Source: Flaccisagitta enflata
Taxonomy: Eukaryota
Length of the DNA: 64,000 nucleotides
NCBI GenBank assembly: GCA_965153355.1
Contig: OZ231126.1
Location: forward strand, 12,152,001 to 12,216,000
Reading direction: 5' to 3'
Shown here: in pieces, positions 1 through 12,613 of the stretch
Position numbering within the stretch: the stretch's first letter is position 1
How the letters are laid out: each line of letters opens with the position of its first letter
Position numbers and translations under genes: made by a program
Notes under the pieces: model-generated
The model's input: the letters and a program-made list of their open reading frames with translations, nothing else
Told to the model about the DNA's origin: nothing
The model's database searches: none

Positions 1-330
1 AAATTTGCCCTTTCAGACCCATTACCTGTCCTCTCATGCCTAAAATCTGCCCTCCCAGGCCTGAAATCTGCCCTCTCAGATTCAAGGACTAAGGGGGCAG
101 ATTTCAGGCCTGAGAGGGCAGATTTTAAGGCTAAGAGGGCAGATTTCAGGTCTGAGAGGGCCTGGGGGGGCGGATGGATGGACGGACGGACGAACGAAAG
201 TCCCCCTGTGTTCTACAAGACTTCGTCCCCTTTGGGGCCGCTGCCCAGCCTCTCATTCCAATTTACAACCATGCAAAGCAGGGCAACGGGTATCGCTGAC
301 CACATATTGCCCTTGGGCGACCTGTTGTTT
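1..330 (+). mobile_element. 3' part of a minisatellite-carrying non-autonomous element
   Basis: Ends with gaaagtccccctgtgttctac...ggggccgctgccc...gggcaacgggtatcgctgaccacatattgcccttgggcgacctgtt, as at 5965-6102 and, reversed, 35029-35165. Confidence 0.8.
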
Positions 331-669
331 GATTAAATAATTGTTTTCTTTCTTTCTCAGTCGCTTGCTTATCGACCATAAATATGTATTTCTATCTGTA
401 ATGCCCCTGGCCTGCCTACTCGCAACTCTGAACCCCTGCTATGTCGGTCTGTCTGTCCATCCGTCCGTCCGTCCATCACGAAAAAGCCTATTCAGAGTTT
501 AGGAGCTCTTTGGCCTCAAAGCCCTTGCCATGCCAAGATACTTCTTCTAACCTTTATAACAGCCCCTGCCCATCCGATCGCGACCGTGGTAACTATGTAT
601 TCGGCCTTGTTTTCTTCACCAGCTACAATTCAGCCTGACTCCAACTTGGGTTTTGACGTGCATTATCAG

Positions 670-779
670 GCTCTTCACATTGGAGTTACAATTACGAAGC
701 GGGAAGAGCTGTGACAGGAGGCTACTGGTGCTCTAAAAGGAATGATAAGGCGCCATTGTATTGGTGGATTTCATTCAAG
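670..779 (+). CDS. Internal exon of discoidin/F5-8 type C (galactose-binding-like) + EGF gene
   Basis: tatcag| acceptor and |gtacaa donor, phase 1 to 0; reads SSHWSYNYEAGRAVTGGYWCSKRNDKAPLYWWISFK, resembling the start of an F5/8C or fucolectin-like fold. Upstream exons lie outside the window. Confidence 0.65.
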
Positions 780-1490
780 GTACAATGCGGTTCGTTCAAA
801 AACAGCCAATTTTAGAGGATATTTTGATATCATTTAACAAATGACAAACTCGACACTTAAAATATGTTTAGCTTCAATCGATGGATGTTTCCCTGAGTAA
901 CCATGGAAATGAAATGTTTTTGTTTTTTTGTTATCGTTCTTTATGCTCAAATATCAATATGTTGACAGATATACATTGCTCGGAGTATAATTTGCTACAA
1001 CTTTCCAGGTGTACTGTAAGAATAGCTTGTTTAGCGGTTGCTAGGAAGCATGTTTTAGCCGTTGCTGTGTGTAATGCAATTTTGATTGAATGCAATGTTC
1101 CTTCAGCATGTCTACACCAAGGAATAGCTCGGTTCCGAGATGATTCATGAGGCCAGATTTTTTTCAAATATAGTTTTGTCCTTATCCATTGGAATATCCA
1201 ATTTTAGACTTAGAGTCATCTCGTCTTTGCTAAGCGACTCCATTACATGAGGGTGTGTCCGAATCTGTATATGAGGGTATGTCCCTTGGTAGGTCGATCT
1301 GTCCGTAAGTCGGTAACGCAAATATTTGGATGATGCGAAATCGGCGAAATCCACATTACTACCCCTGCCCACGTGCAACACTGCCCCTGCCCACCCGCAA
1401 GCGATAACTTATTGGCCGTGTACTCAGCGTTGTTGTAAAATGATTTCCAGTTGACTTTTGAACCTCAACTATTGCTGGTCCTGATTGAAG

Positions 1491-1761
1491 GGAAAGCCCG
1501 TGGAAATTGTGGAGATTGCGTTTGAAGAAGTTTATTCCGGAGCCTAATTTGAGTTTTTCGCTGCGGATTTGGTTTTCGCAGTTATAACCGAATTTGGTAT
1601 AACCGAATGCGGTGAAAGCGGAACTTCGCTGATCAACGGTGGGAAGAGGATTGAAAATGGACAGTCCTACTACTGCTATGGATTGAAGATCACTAAACGT
1701 GCCAAGACGAAATATTACGGCGACCTTGCATCTATGAAGAACTTTCGTTTCCAAGTTCGAG
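1491..1761 (+). pseudogene. Next exon of the same gene, with in-frame TAA at 1545-1547
   Basis: ttgaag| acceptor in phase 0, |gtatga donor in phase 1; GKPVEIVEIAFEEVYSGA*FEFFAAD...QSYYCYGLKITKRAKTKYYGDLASMKNFRFQVR. The frame is open on both sides of a single stop. Confidence 0.55.
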
Positions 1762-1890
1762 GTATGAGTCAAACCGTTTCAAAAGCAAGAAGAAAAAAAA
1801 GAAAAAAAAAAAGAAAAAAAATGTTATCAAAGTTAAGAGGGACATGAATATTAAAGTGATGGTTGTTTATAATGGGCCTTATTTTTTCAG

Positions 1891-2001
1891 ACAAAGATGA
1901 CTGTGAAGGACAGAAATGCAGCGGTAAAGGCACTTGCGTTGATGGGATTTATCAGTATAAATGCGACTGCAATGCTGGATTTACAGGGAATGACTGCGAA
2001 G
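1891..2001 (+). CDS. Calcium-binding EGF-like domain exon
   Basis: ttttttcag| and |gtgaga, symmetric phase 1-1, 111 nt; DKDDCEGQKCSGKGTCVDGIYQYKCDCNAGFTGNDCE has canonical six-Cys EGF spacing. Confidence 0.9.
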
Positions 2002-2525
2002 GTGAGAACATGGCCAGATCTTGATGTTTCAGGGGCTTCCCCCTTCCCCAGGCCGGGAACCCTTCAGTGCCTTAGCATTTTCTAAATCATTGTGTGGACC
2101 TTTCTCTTGGAATTTTCTGAGGCGCCTTTAAGATTCATCTTCCCTCTTCTTGAACTTAAAGATCATTGATATTTAATTTATATAAACAAACGTAATTTAT
2201 GAATTAATGTACGAAACTAATGAAAAACAAGGCCAAGTAGGCCAATGCGGTGCGACGTGTGGATCGTCGAACGAATGCGTTACCAACAGACAGACAGACA
2301 GACCGACGGACACAGCCAGTTATAGAGGTGCTTGGTCGCATCTAAAAAATCCTTGAATGTCCCGAGGAGATCGTTTGAAAGCGTAATTAGGCATTTTTAC
2401 CTTAGAAAAGGACACTGTGGCGAAGAGCCTGATCAATGAATGGACTGAGCTATGGACAGGAAAATAACATGAAAGTCTCGCAATGAATATCATTATGAAT
2501 ATTTTCATTGTTATTATTATTGCAG

Positions 2526-2551
2526 TGATTGGTTCAACGGTTGCGCCGTAA
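2526..2551 (+). CDS. Probable last coding exon of the EGF gene
   Basis: ttattattgcag| acceptor; phase 1 entry gives VIGSTVAP then TAA. Another frame is open for longer, so the call is tentative. Confidence 0.4.
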
Positions 2552-3198
2552 TATGTCCCAACTGCGACTCGTACCACATCTTCAAAGATACTTCAAAAAC
2601 TTATCCAGAGAGTTTGCCCGTTACCGCCAAGTTCATGGCTATTCGCAAAAAGGCAATGTGAAGAGTTTGATCACAAAACTGGTCGTATGGCTGCCATAAC
2701 ATCCAATTTCCCGAAAAGGGGGGGGGGGGTTAATTCCGCTTTGTGGGATTAGATTTGACTGGTTGCCTTCACTTGTTGTGCTCGGGAATCTCACCTAACC
2801 CGTTGTAGCCCCTTGCCCAACTAAGTCGAGTCTAAGTAAGTGCGTCTGCTTCAGGAAGTTACGTTTAGGGTTGATTGCACGGGCCATACTTGCTACTTAG
2901 TTTGTGGTCTGAAACTCGCTCATTGCGCCTCAATAGTTTCCTTTCTTTTATAGAAACTGTTTCGCAAAGGGGTAGATATTTTCGCTGAAATCATGATAAT
3001 TGTTCTGCTTTCAAGACATCCGAAAATAGATTGCAACCACAATGATGATTATTATAAATTTTCAGTTGCGTACACGCTACTCAATAAGAGGCTTTGCCCA
3101 TCCATCCGTCCATCCGTTGGTCCGTGATGATCGAGTGGAAAAGTGCGAGAACGCGCATTCTTGATGCTGCAGTCGTGAATGTCTTTGTGTGTGTGCGT

Positions 3199-3229
<31 letters not shown>

Positions 3230-3593
3230 GGGGGGGTTGGTGCTCTCTAGTGTGTGTGTGTGTGTGTGTGTGCCCACAGGGTGGAAAAAAGGTCAAGTTA
3301 ATTGACCAATGCCCACACCTGGTTTTTTAGTTTGGGAAGTGTTTTCTAGCCAAATTCAAATCATCTTTTAGGGCCCTTTAGGCGCTTTTTGAAAAAGTGA
3401 AAAATTCAAGATTTTTAACATAGTTTTGCAGATTGGTCTGACTTTTTTTTGACAGCATATTGTTAATCCTGAAAAAAATTCCCTTTTTTTGATATAGGGT
3501 TTTAAAAATAAAGACAATTTTCATATTTTAAGCCACCGTTATGATTTTTGTAACAGTGGCATAAAAAATGAAAGTCTTATTTCTGTTTAAAAC

Positions 3594-3689
<96 letters not shown>

Positions 3690-3691
<2 letters not shown>

Positions 3692-6102
3692 GGAGAAATT
3701 TCTCCTCCCCGTACCCCCCCCCCCGCTTTCAGCCTTGAGACCTAAATCCCAGCCTCAAGGCCCAAATCCTAGCCTCGAAACCCAAATCCAAGCCTCGTTG
3801 CCCAAATCTCAGATTTCGGCCCAAATCCCAGCCTCGAGGCCCAAATCCCAGCCTCAAGGCCCAAATCCCAGCCTCAAGGCTCAAATCCCAGCCTCAAGGC
3901 CCAAATCCCAGCCTTGAGGCTCAAATCCCAGTCTTGAGGCTCAAATCTCAGCCACAAGGCTCAAATCCCTGCCTCTATGCTCAAATCCCAGCTTCAAGGC
4001 CCCAATTCCAGCCTCCAGGCTCAAATAAAAACAGCATAGGTCATCGGCTCCTTCCCTCTCACCATCTCACACCCTCATATACTCACTTAGGGGCAACGGG
4101 TACCGCTGACCATCTAACGCTTTTGCGACTATTATTTCCTTCTATTTTTTTTGCCTCCTCCTTTCACACAGGAGAAATTTCTCCTTCTCTTCCTCCCTCT
4201 CCTTCTCCGTACCCCCCCCTTGAGGCCCAAATCCCTGTACCCCCCCCCCTCGAGGCCCAAATCCCAGCTTCAAGGCTCAAATCCCAGCCTCGAGGCTCAA
4301 ATCCCAGCCTCGAAGCTCAAATCCCAGCCTCGAGGCTCAAATCCCAGCCTCGAGGCTCAAATCCCAGCGTCGAGGCTCAAATTCCAGCCTCAAGGCTCAA
4401 ATCCCAGCCTCAAGGCTGAAATCCCAGCCTCAAGGTTCAAATCCCAGCCTCGAGGCTCAAATCCCAGCCTCGAGGCTCAAATCCCAGCCTCGCGGCTCAA
4501 ATCCTAGTGTGAAGGCCCAAATCCTAGTCTGGAGGCTCAAATCATAGCCTTGAGGCTCAAATCCCAGCCTTGAGGCTCAAATCCCAGCCTCTAGGCCCTA
4601 ATCCCAGTCTTGAGGCTCAAATAAAAACAGCATAGGTCATCGGCTGCTTCGGGGCCGCTGCCCCTCTAACCACCTCACACCAACATACACTCACATAGGG
4701 GCAACGGTTACCACTGACCATCTATTGCTTTTGCGACTATTCTTTTTGGGCAGCGGCCCCAAAGGGCCGATGTCCTGTAGGACACAGGGGGGCATTTGAG
4801 ACGTCCGTCCTTCCGTCCTTCCGTCCGTCTGTCCGTCCCCCCCCCCCGTGGCCATCGGGGGCCTCAATTTTGCTCTCTCAGGCCTGATTTTGGCCCTCTG
4901 AGCCATCAGAATAGACTGAAAAGCCCTTTCAGACCTCAATTTAGCCCTTGAGACCTTAAATCAGCTCTCCAGACCTCATATCTGCCCTCCAGACCTCAAA
5001 TTAGCCCTCCATACCCCAAATCCACCCTCCAGGCCTCACATAAGCTCTTTCGGCCTTAAATTTGTCCTCTGGGCCTCAAGCCTGCCCCTCAAACCTCAAA
5101 TTTAATCTTTAGAACCTAATTCTGCCCTCCAGGCTTCAAAACCGCCTTCAATGACCTCTATCCATCTTCTCAGACCTAATATACCTCAGGACGTCTCAAA
5201 ATTCCCCCCTGTGTCCTACAGGACATCGGCCCTTTGGGGCCGCTGCCCTGCTCTCTCTCCACTACTTCACTTGATCACTCCAAGCAGGGCATCGGGTACC
5301 GCTGACCATGTGCGATCCTTGGATGACTAGTTCTTTTTCTTTTTCTTTTTCTTTTTTTTTTTCTTTTTCTTTTTCGCCTTTTTGGGCAGCGGCCCCGAAG
5401 GGGACGAAGTCCTGTAGAACACAGGGGGACTTTCGTTCGTTTGTTAGTTCGTCCATCCGTCCGTTCGTCCTCCCATCAGGCTCCTCAGGCCTCAAATCTG
5501 GCCTCTGAGACCTCAAATGTATCCTCTGAGACCCCAAATCTCACTTCTGAGACCCCAAATCCGTCCTCTCAAGCCTCAAATCCAGCTTCTCAAGCCTCAA
5601 ACCTGGCCTCTCAGGCCTCAAATTGGGCTTCTTAGGCCTCAAATCCAAATCCTCAGGCCTGAAACCTGGCCTGTCAGGCCTGAAACCTGGCCTGTCAGGC
5701 CTGAAGCCTGGCCTCTCAGGCCTCAAACTAGGCCTCTCAGGCCTCAAATCAGCTATTTAAGCCTCAATTTATTGCTCTCAGGCTTCAAATCAGTCCTCTG
5801 ACCTTTCAAGCCTTAATCCAGCTCTCTTAAGCCTCAGATCAGCCCTCCCAAGCTTCCGATTGGCATTCTCAGGCCTTTAATCAGCCTTCTTAAACCTCAG
5901 TTTAGGCTCTTGAAGGCCCTCAGTCAGCCCTCTTTAGAATCTCATCCACTTCTTGAGGCAGGACGAACGAAAGTCCCCCTGTGTTCTACAGGACTTCGTC
6001 CCCTTCGGGGCCGCTGCCCTGCTTCCCCTCCCTCCAATTCACAATCACTCAAAGCAGGGCAACGGGTATCGCTGACCACATATTGCCCTTGGGCGACCTG
6101 TT
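3690..6102 (+). mobile_element. Head-to-tail cluster of four minisatellite-carrying elements (about 3690-4135, 4165-4742, 4746-5330, 5380-6102)
   Basis: Each ends in a gggcaacgggta.cgctgacca-type tail; the last two show long inverted repeats (gggcagcggcccc...ggggccgctgccc) around arrays; 20-bp unit aggctcaaatcccagcctcg in the first two, about 21-bp units in the others. Confidence 0.8.
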
Positions 6103-6511
6103 CTTCTTTCTCTTCTTCTTCTTCTTCCTCTTCCTCTTCTACCAAAACCTTCCAACACATCCCCTTCTCTTCCGAGTAGCGGCGCTACCCGCTACTCCAC
6201 TTTTAAGAGGGCTGAAGGTGGAATTTTGATAATTCTCAGGAAAGCTGTGAAGGGTGCGAACTAAACACCAGTAAGGGCTCCTTTTTCTAATCTTTTGGTT
6301 GTAATGTAATGTTGTCCAACTCATAGCGAATATTTGGAGTATCTATTCACCCTACTCACATAGCTTTTCCATTTTTCGACTTGCGCTGATGGAAGGACAG
6401 ACGGACCAACGGACGGACAAAGCCTCTTATAGAGTTGCATGTCCACAACTAAAAACCGATGGATCACAAAGTGGCTCATATAGTACGTGACTAGAAAGGA
6501 ACGCACCTTTT

Positions 6512-8151
6512 TACCAGTAATGGCTAATATCGCCGTGAGGAAAAAAGTCGTAAGCATTTATCATTTTTTTGTTCTAAATTTACCAAACTTTTATCTTCAG
6601 TTACTGCAATTTTTTTATCTATTGAATTAAATCAAGAGCTATTGTACGAATTGATTCACTGAAAAGTAGAGAAAAATAGAACTGAGCCAAATGAGCTAGT
6701 TGAGCTAAAACACTTAAAACCATTCAACCAGATAACCAGCTATGCTCACTGACATATTTTTTTGTATTTGCATGCTAAGACATGTATCAAAATATTTCAT
6801 TATCCCATTTGAAATCAGAAAAAAAGACTGAGCTAAATAAGCTAAATAAGCTACAATATTGGATAACCAGCTATACTCATAACATGGTAACATGGTTTCC
6901 AATTGGAATTCCCTTCCGAAGGATTTAAAGGAATCACGTTCATTGTCCATTTCTAAATCAAGTCTAAAACGTCATCTACAGTATTCTTGATTCAAGTTTT
7001 TACCTCACTTTACGATTTTTCCTTTTTTATCCCTCTTTTAACAATTAACAAGTAATTGTTATGATATTTTGAAAATGTGGACCTCAACGGAAACAAATCT
7101 ACGGATTTTTTGAGCCTTCCAAGGCATTTGCATAAAATATTTTGAATATGCTGGAAAACATTACATTACATACATATTTTCTTGTATTTGCATGCTCAGA
7201 CATGTATCAAAAACATTTATCTATTTATCCCATTTCAATTCAGAAAAAAAATGAGATGAGCTAAATGAGCTAAATAAGCTAACTAAGCTAGAAAACTTAA
7301 AAACACTCACAGATAAACAGCCATACTCACTGATGTGCTTTCATGTAGTTGCATGCCCTGACACTTATCTAAACATGTATCTATTTATGCCATTTAAAAT
7401 CAGAAAAAAACTGAGCTAAATGAGCTAGGACACTCTAAAACACCCTCACAGATAAGCAGTTATGCAGCTAAGCATGTTTTCTTGTGTTTGGATAGTCAAA
7501 GAAGCATCAATGCACTTTCTTATTGATCCTACACAAAATCATAAAAAATTGAAAAAAAATATAATTTTTTTTAAACAAGTGACGCGGGGTCACAATTTGT
7601 TGCAGATGGGTGGGCAGGGGCATCCAACGCCCATCCACATCCCATGCCCTCCCCACCAACACATATACCCCAAAAAATATCTAAAATGCTCAGTTTTCCA
7701 CTTTTTGATTTGTGGGTTTTGGACGGATGGATGGATGGTTGGACGGATGGATGGATGGACTGATGGACAGATGGATGGATGAGAGGGCAAATGGACAGAC
7801 GGACAAAGCCTCTTATTGGGAAAAAGTCAAATTACGTAGTTCGACTTTTTGAAACGTAGGAGAAATAAGGTTTCCATTTCTGGTTTGGGGCAATTTTAGA
7901 AAGTTGAGCAGTTTTGGGGCTGGGAGTATACATTTTTTGATATTCACAGCTAAGAAAGAGCTAATTTTTCTCTTTCAAATGGCGCCAACCAAAAGTCTCT
8001 CAATCATTGGTTATGGCGTTACAAATTTTTGAATCTTTTTTTAATTTTTCACATTTTCATCAATATCAATATTTTTCATTGGTCCTATTTTTTGAACCTA
8101 TGTAACAAGAGAGAATACACACATACACACACTCACACACACATACACACA

Positions 8152-8196
<45 letters not shown>

Positions 8197-8197
8197 A

Positions 8198-8287
<90 letters not shown>

Positions 8288-8985
8288 GAGAGACAGAGAC
8301 AGACAGAGACAGACAGAGACAGAGACACACGCACACACACACACACACACGCACACAGACACACAAACACATATGCACACACACACACACACACACTCAC
8401 TCACACACACACACACACACAAACAATGGACCGAGAGGAAAGACAGAGATCGAATAACAAAAACAGACAATAACAAAAACATACAAGCAATCAACCAGAC
8501 ATCATGAGATGCAGACACACAAGAACATGCACTGAAAAAAAAAAAGAGACTCCCACTAACGATTTTTTCCGGTTGGCGATTAGCCGCCTTTATTGGTACA
8601 GTTGTGTGTCTGCAACTAAAAACATTTAAAAAAAAAATAGTTTAAAAATATTTTTCATAGAGCATTCTGTCTGGCGCCAAACGAAAGAGAATTACACTTT
8701 TTATTTTTTATAAGAACGTCATTTTTTTTCTGAAGCCTTTGAAAGAGATAGAGATAGCTACTAGTAAAATAACTACAATGTTCTTAATTTTTGAGCAATC
8801 TATAGGCTTGATGTTCTTATAAACTAGGTTCTTATAAAAAATAAAAAGTGTATAAAATTTACATACCCTTTCAATTTCATTGGACGCCAATCGCTCGATT
8901 GAGATGCTCAACTTCACCATTAAAAAAATGAAAAGCATATTTCTCTGGAATATGTCAAAAAGTCGAAGACTGACTTCGACTTTTT
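6512..8985 (-). mobile_element. Helentron-like non-autonomous element with nested insertions
   Basis: Segments are the reverse complement of 50522-51065 and 54225-54552; terminal palindrome agtcgaagactgacttcgact at 8961-8981; interrupted by elements at about 7575-7815, 7819-8598 and 8708-8832. Confidence 0.65.
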
Positions 8986-9169
8986 CCGATGAGGGCGTGT
9001 CTGTCCATCCGTCCAAAATATTTACACTTGACTGGTGATTCTTAACGTACAAGAGAAGCTATGGTCAGCACTCAGCAACATGGTGTTTAGGTCTATTTCA
9101 CGTCTTACAGAATTTCGCGTTTGCTATCGCAACAACAACAACAAAAACAACTATTTTTTTCAACAAGGA

Positions 9170-9205
<36 letters not shown>

Positions 9206-9245
9206 AAATTCCACAATTGCCAATTGAATTGGAAAAAAAGAACTG

Positions 9246-9354
<109 letters not shown>

Positions 9355-9522
9355 GGGACAGAGAGACAGAGAATTCGGACAACTAAAATCCAAACTCAAA
9401 TTCGAGATTCATTGATTCTTTTCAAAAATAGCCTGAAGATTTTCAACCAATCGTGATCAGCCTTCGATTTATCCTCCAATCAACGTTCGGCCTCGAATTG
9501 CTGTGTCATTTCCCAAACAACA

Positions 9523-9652
9523 ATGGCGGCGCCCGAGGAGGTTGTTACGGTGGACGCCGTTTGCGCGTTTTTTGCGTTAAACGGAGGCCGTGCCACAAAT
9601 AAGGAACTTGTCGCCCACTTCCGGAATCCAAATTTTGATCAGCGTCAAAAAG
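9523..9652 (+). CDS. sowah: Sosondowah ankyrin-repeat protein, first coding exon (N-terminal domain)
   Basis: caacaATGG start; MAAPEEVVTVDAVCAFFALNGGRATNKELVAHFRNPNFDQRQK resembles the SOWAH N-terminal motif (F..GG.V.N.ELV.HF); donor g|gtatca, phase 1. Confidence 0.85.
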
Positions 9653-9959
9653 GTATCAAGATTTTATCTGGGAATTGACTGGAAATGAATTTATGAGGGT
9701 AGTGAATAGAGACTAGTATTATTGGGCGTGACCTTGTCGAACGACAACATACACAACAAGAACGGCAACAATGATAATGGTAACGACAACGATAAGCACG
9801 GCAATAGCAACAACAACGAGAACAACAATGATAGCAGCAGCGTGAACAACGAGAGTAAGAGCGGCAATGAGCTAAACAGCAACGATATCAACCACGGTGA
9901 CAACGTAAACAATCTAAGCGACAACGCGAACGACAAAAGCGACTATCAAAGCAGCAAAA

Positions 9960-9960
9960 G

Positions 9961-10054
<94 letters not shown>
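9960..10054. repeat. (ACA)n microsatellite preceded by degenerate AAC/GAC triplets
   Basis: Direct reading; lies in sowah intron 1. Confidence 0.95.
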
Positions 10055-10117
10055 CTTCTTGTTAAAGTGAACTTTGATTTTACTGTATCAGTTTGCATCG
10101 TGTGCCAAGTACACTCT

Positions 10118-10298
10118 TTTTTAGTCGCGTGCTACGCGACTTTACAACCCGCTTTGTCGGTCCGTCACACTTTACTTTTTTTCGTTTTTTTTTGCGGTCT
10201 TTGGCCTCACTGCTCCCGCCCAAATGATTAAGTGACCTCAAATACAGCCCCTGCCCACCCGCACGCGACTGGGGTAGCCGTGTATCCGGCCTTGTTTT
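10118..10298 (+). mobile_element. DINE-1/HINE-like short element; related copies near 12884-13095, 27175-27372, 28270-28442 (+) and 24178-24370, 42871-43076, 50341-50541, 55818-56031 (-)
   Basis: 5' palindrome agtcgcgtgctacgcgact, GTCY-type microsatellite, 3' cacgcgact repeat plus hairpin gccgtgtatccggc and T-run, flanked by T-rich sites. Family assignment is by structure only. Confidence 0.75.
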
Positions 10299-10746
10299 TT
10301 ATAAGAACGTCATTTTTTTTTGAAGGCTTCATGTTCTTATTTTCAAGGTTAAATGAAGCCTTCAACGTTTTTAGAGTGTTCTTAATTTCAAATACTTTAT
10401 AAACTATAGAAAACCGTATAATATATTATTAACAATTACACTAAACACATTTCTATTAAATACTGTTAAAAAAAACGCCAATTATTAAAGTCTGGGGATA
10501 TTTTCATGATGTTTATTTAAAAGTTAAAAAATATCATCTTAATTACACTAAAATTCAAGTGTTTTCCTAATGTTCTTCAAATATTGTAAGCGGAATTTTT
10601 TTCTTAAGATTTGAAACCTTCATATGTTCTTAAGATGTCCTAATTTTGGGGCCATTTGAAGCCTTGATGTTCTTATGAACTAGGTTCTTATAAAAAAAAG
10701 TGTATCTAAAATTCTGAATGCTCTTATTTTTTTTTCAATGCTGCAG

Positions 10747-10808
10747 AACATTCGCGCGAATTACTCAAATCGGTTGTCAATAAAGTTGCAACAATCAAAA
10801 CTGACGAG
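10747..10808 (+). CDS. sowah: sowah exon 2
   Basis: gctgcag| and |gtacta; (E)HSRELLKSVVNKVATIKTDE continues the SOWAH N-terminal motif (R..FK..VN.VA.VK); phase 1 to 0. Confidence 0.85.
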
Positions 10809-11004
10809 GTACTATGCATAAGGCAAAATTGGCTGACTGTATAGCTGTTTATCTAATTTTGTTTTCATGATTGTGTGGTTGTATGTTTTGATTGTGTTTA
10901 TGTTTGCACGTTGTATCGTGGATATGGCACCCTTTTGAACGTCAGTTGTAAACAGCCCATTCATATTCACTGACATATTCTCCCCCTCGTTTTCGTTTTC
11001 CCAG

Positions 11005-11404
11005 TCTGGCGGTCGTTTTCTCGTGCTGAAGCCTGATTTCGAGCCTCCAACCCCTCCTCCACCCCCTCTTCCGGAACAAGAACCATTTTCGCCTTCAGCT
11101 TTGACGGCGTCTCTTCCTCCTCCTCCTCCTCCTCCCGCATCCTCCGATTTTACTTCCGATTTTTCCTCTTCGTTGTTGGATGACGTTCTTTCGGCGTTTC
11201 ATTCGCCGAATGTCGCCGGTTTTACATCGACGGATGATGGCGCTATGAAGACGACGATGACGGCGCCGCGAGGATGGAATGACGTCGCCGAAGACGCCGC
11301 GTCTTCCTTGCCTATGGACGCCGATTTCCGTGTTGAGAGTAGAGGCGGCGCCGCGTCGGCGATGGAGATCAACGTTCATGACGATGTCGACGCTGAAAGT
11401 CGAG
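11005..11404 (+). CDS. sowah: sowah exon 3 (end of N-terminal domain, Pro/Ser-rich linker)
   Basis: ttttcccag| and g|gtaaaa; SGGRFLVLKPDFEPPTPPPPP...DVDAESR, in frame with ORF 11023; phase 0 to 1. Confidence 0.85.
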
Positions 11405-11427
11405 GTAAAATAATTATCTTTCTTAGG

Positions 11428-11478
<51 letters not shown>

Positions 11479-11707
11479 TAATTGTCATGAATTGTGCGTC
11501 TATAAGTTACTTTTTGGACATTGATGTTTACAATGGTTTACATTGGTTTACAATGGTTGACATTGATGTTTACAATGGTTTTGTTGATCTTCAGAGTTTG
11601 TTCATCCGTCATTTGTAGAATTCGTTCATCTATTCATTAGCAGCATAATTGCACGGCTCTTAGGATCCACCGCGTCAATTGCAATTTCCATGTTTCTCAT
11701 TGACCAG

Positions 11708-12012
11708 TTGTCGGGGAAATGGAGCCTCCAAAGTTGCCAATCTCCCGGTCAAAAATGATGACGTCGACGCCTTCTTCCAATCGTACGTCAACCGCGTCTC
11801 CTTCGTCCGGTCAATCGTCGACGGCCACTTCCAGAGCTCCGCTTCCTTCTTACGAGCAACTGTTCGTCAAGTCGTCGCCGCAGGCATCGCCGACGCCCGT
11901 CTTCGTGAGGCCCAATTCGATCGTCGTCGACGATCCTCAGTCGAATCCCGTCCCGCCGCCTAGAAAGGCCTCCAGAGGCGCTTCCATCAAGTCCAACGCT
12001 TCGTCGACGAAG
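11708..12012 (+). CDS. sowah: sowah exon 4
   Basis: tgaccag| and |gtgaac; (V)VGEMEPPKLP...LPSYEQLF...PVPPPRK...SSTK, in frame with ORF 11719; phase 1 to 0. Confidence 0.8.
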
Positions 12013-12430
12013 GTGAACTCATTTTGATTATTTGATTTCAGAGTGGGACTTTGGGTTGATTGTGACTTTGGGTTGGTTCCGTGAGCTGTGTGTGTGAACC
12101 AGAGGGTAACCAACACTGTGAGTTCTTTGAGTGTTACCAAACTGTCATCTGTATGTGTTAGAGAGGGTAATCAAACTGTTTGCGATGGAGAATTTCTTTG
12201 TGGTGATCGTGATGTAGATAATCATGATTAGGATCTTAGAAATGATGTCTCAAATTAAGGATGTTGATGGATGAGTCATGTTGAAGTAAACTCTTAAATC
12301 TACGTGTTTTTAGATGCGTCCTCGCATCTCTATAAGAGGCTTTGTCCATCCGTCGGTCCGTTTGTTGGTCCGTCCGTCCATCTATCCATGCCGCTTTTTG
12401 GTCGAGCCAAATCGAGCAAGACCGAGAAAG

Positions 12431-12500
<70 letters not shown>

Positions 12501-12613
12501 TCTTATGCTCTTGCCCGCGCGCAATAAAAAGCTCAGTCGCAGGAATAAAACGCAAAGGATGCATCTCTATTCTCTAGGTCGAATTTCGGCCTTGTTCTTA
12601 TAAGTTTCTTGCA

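Noticed and set aside
8029-8518. HT/RE/SL/CV dipeptide ORFs here and throughout the window
   Set aside because: Translations of (CA)n and (GA)n microsatellites.
9722-10231. 169-aa Asn/Thr-rich ORF
   Set aside because: Triplet microsatellite running into a repeat element within sowah intron 1; exon 1 splices in phase to 10747 without it.
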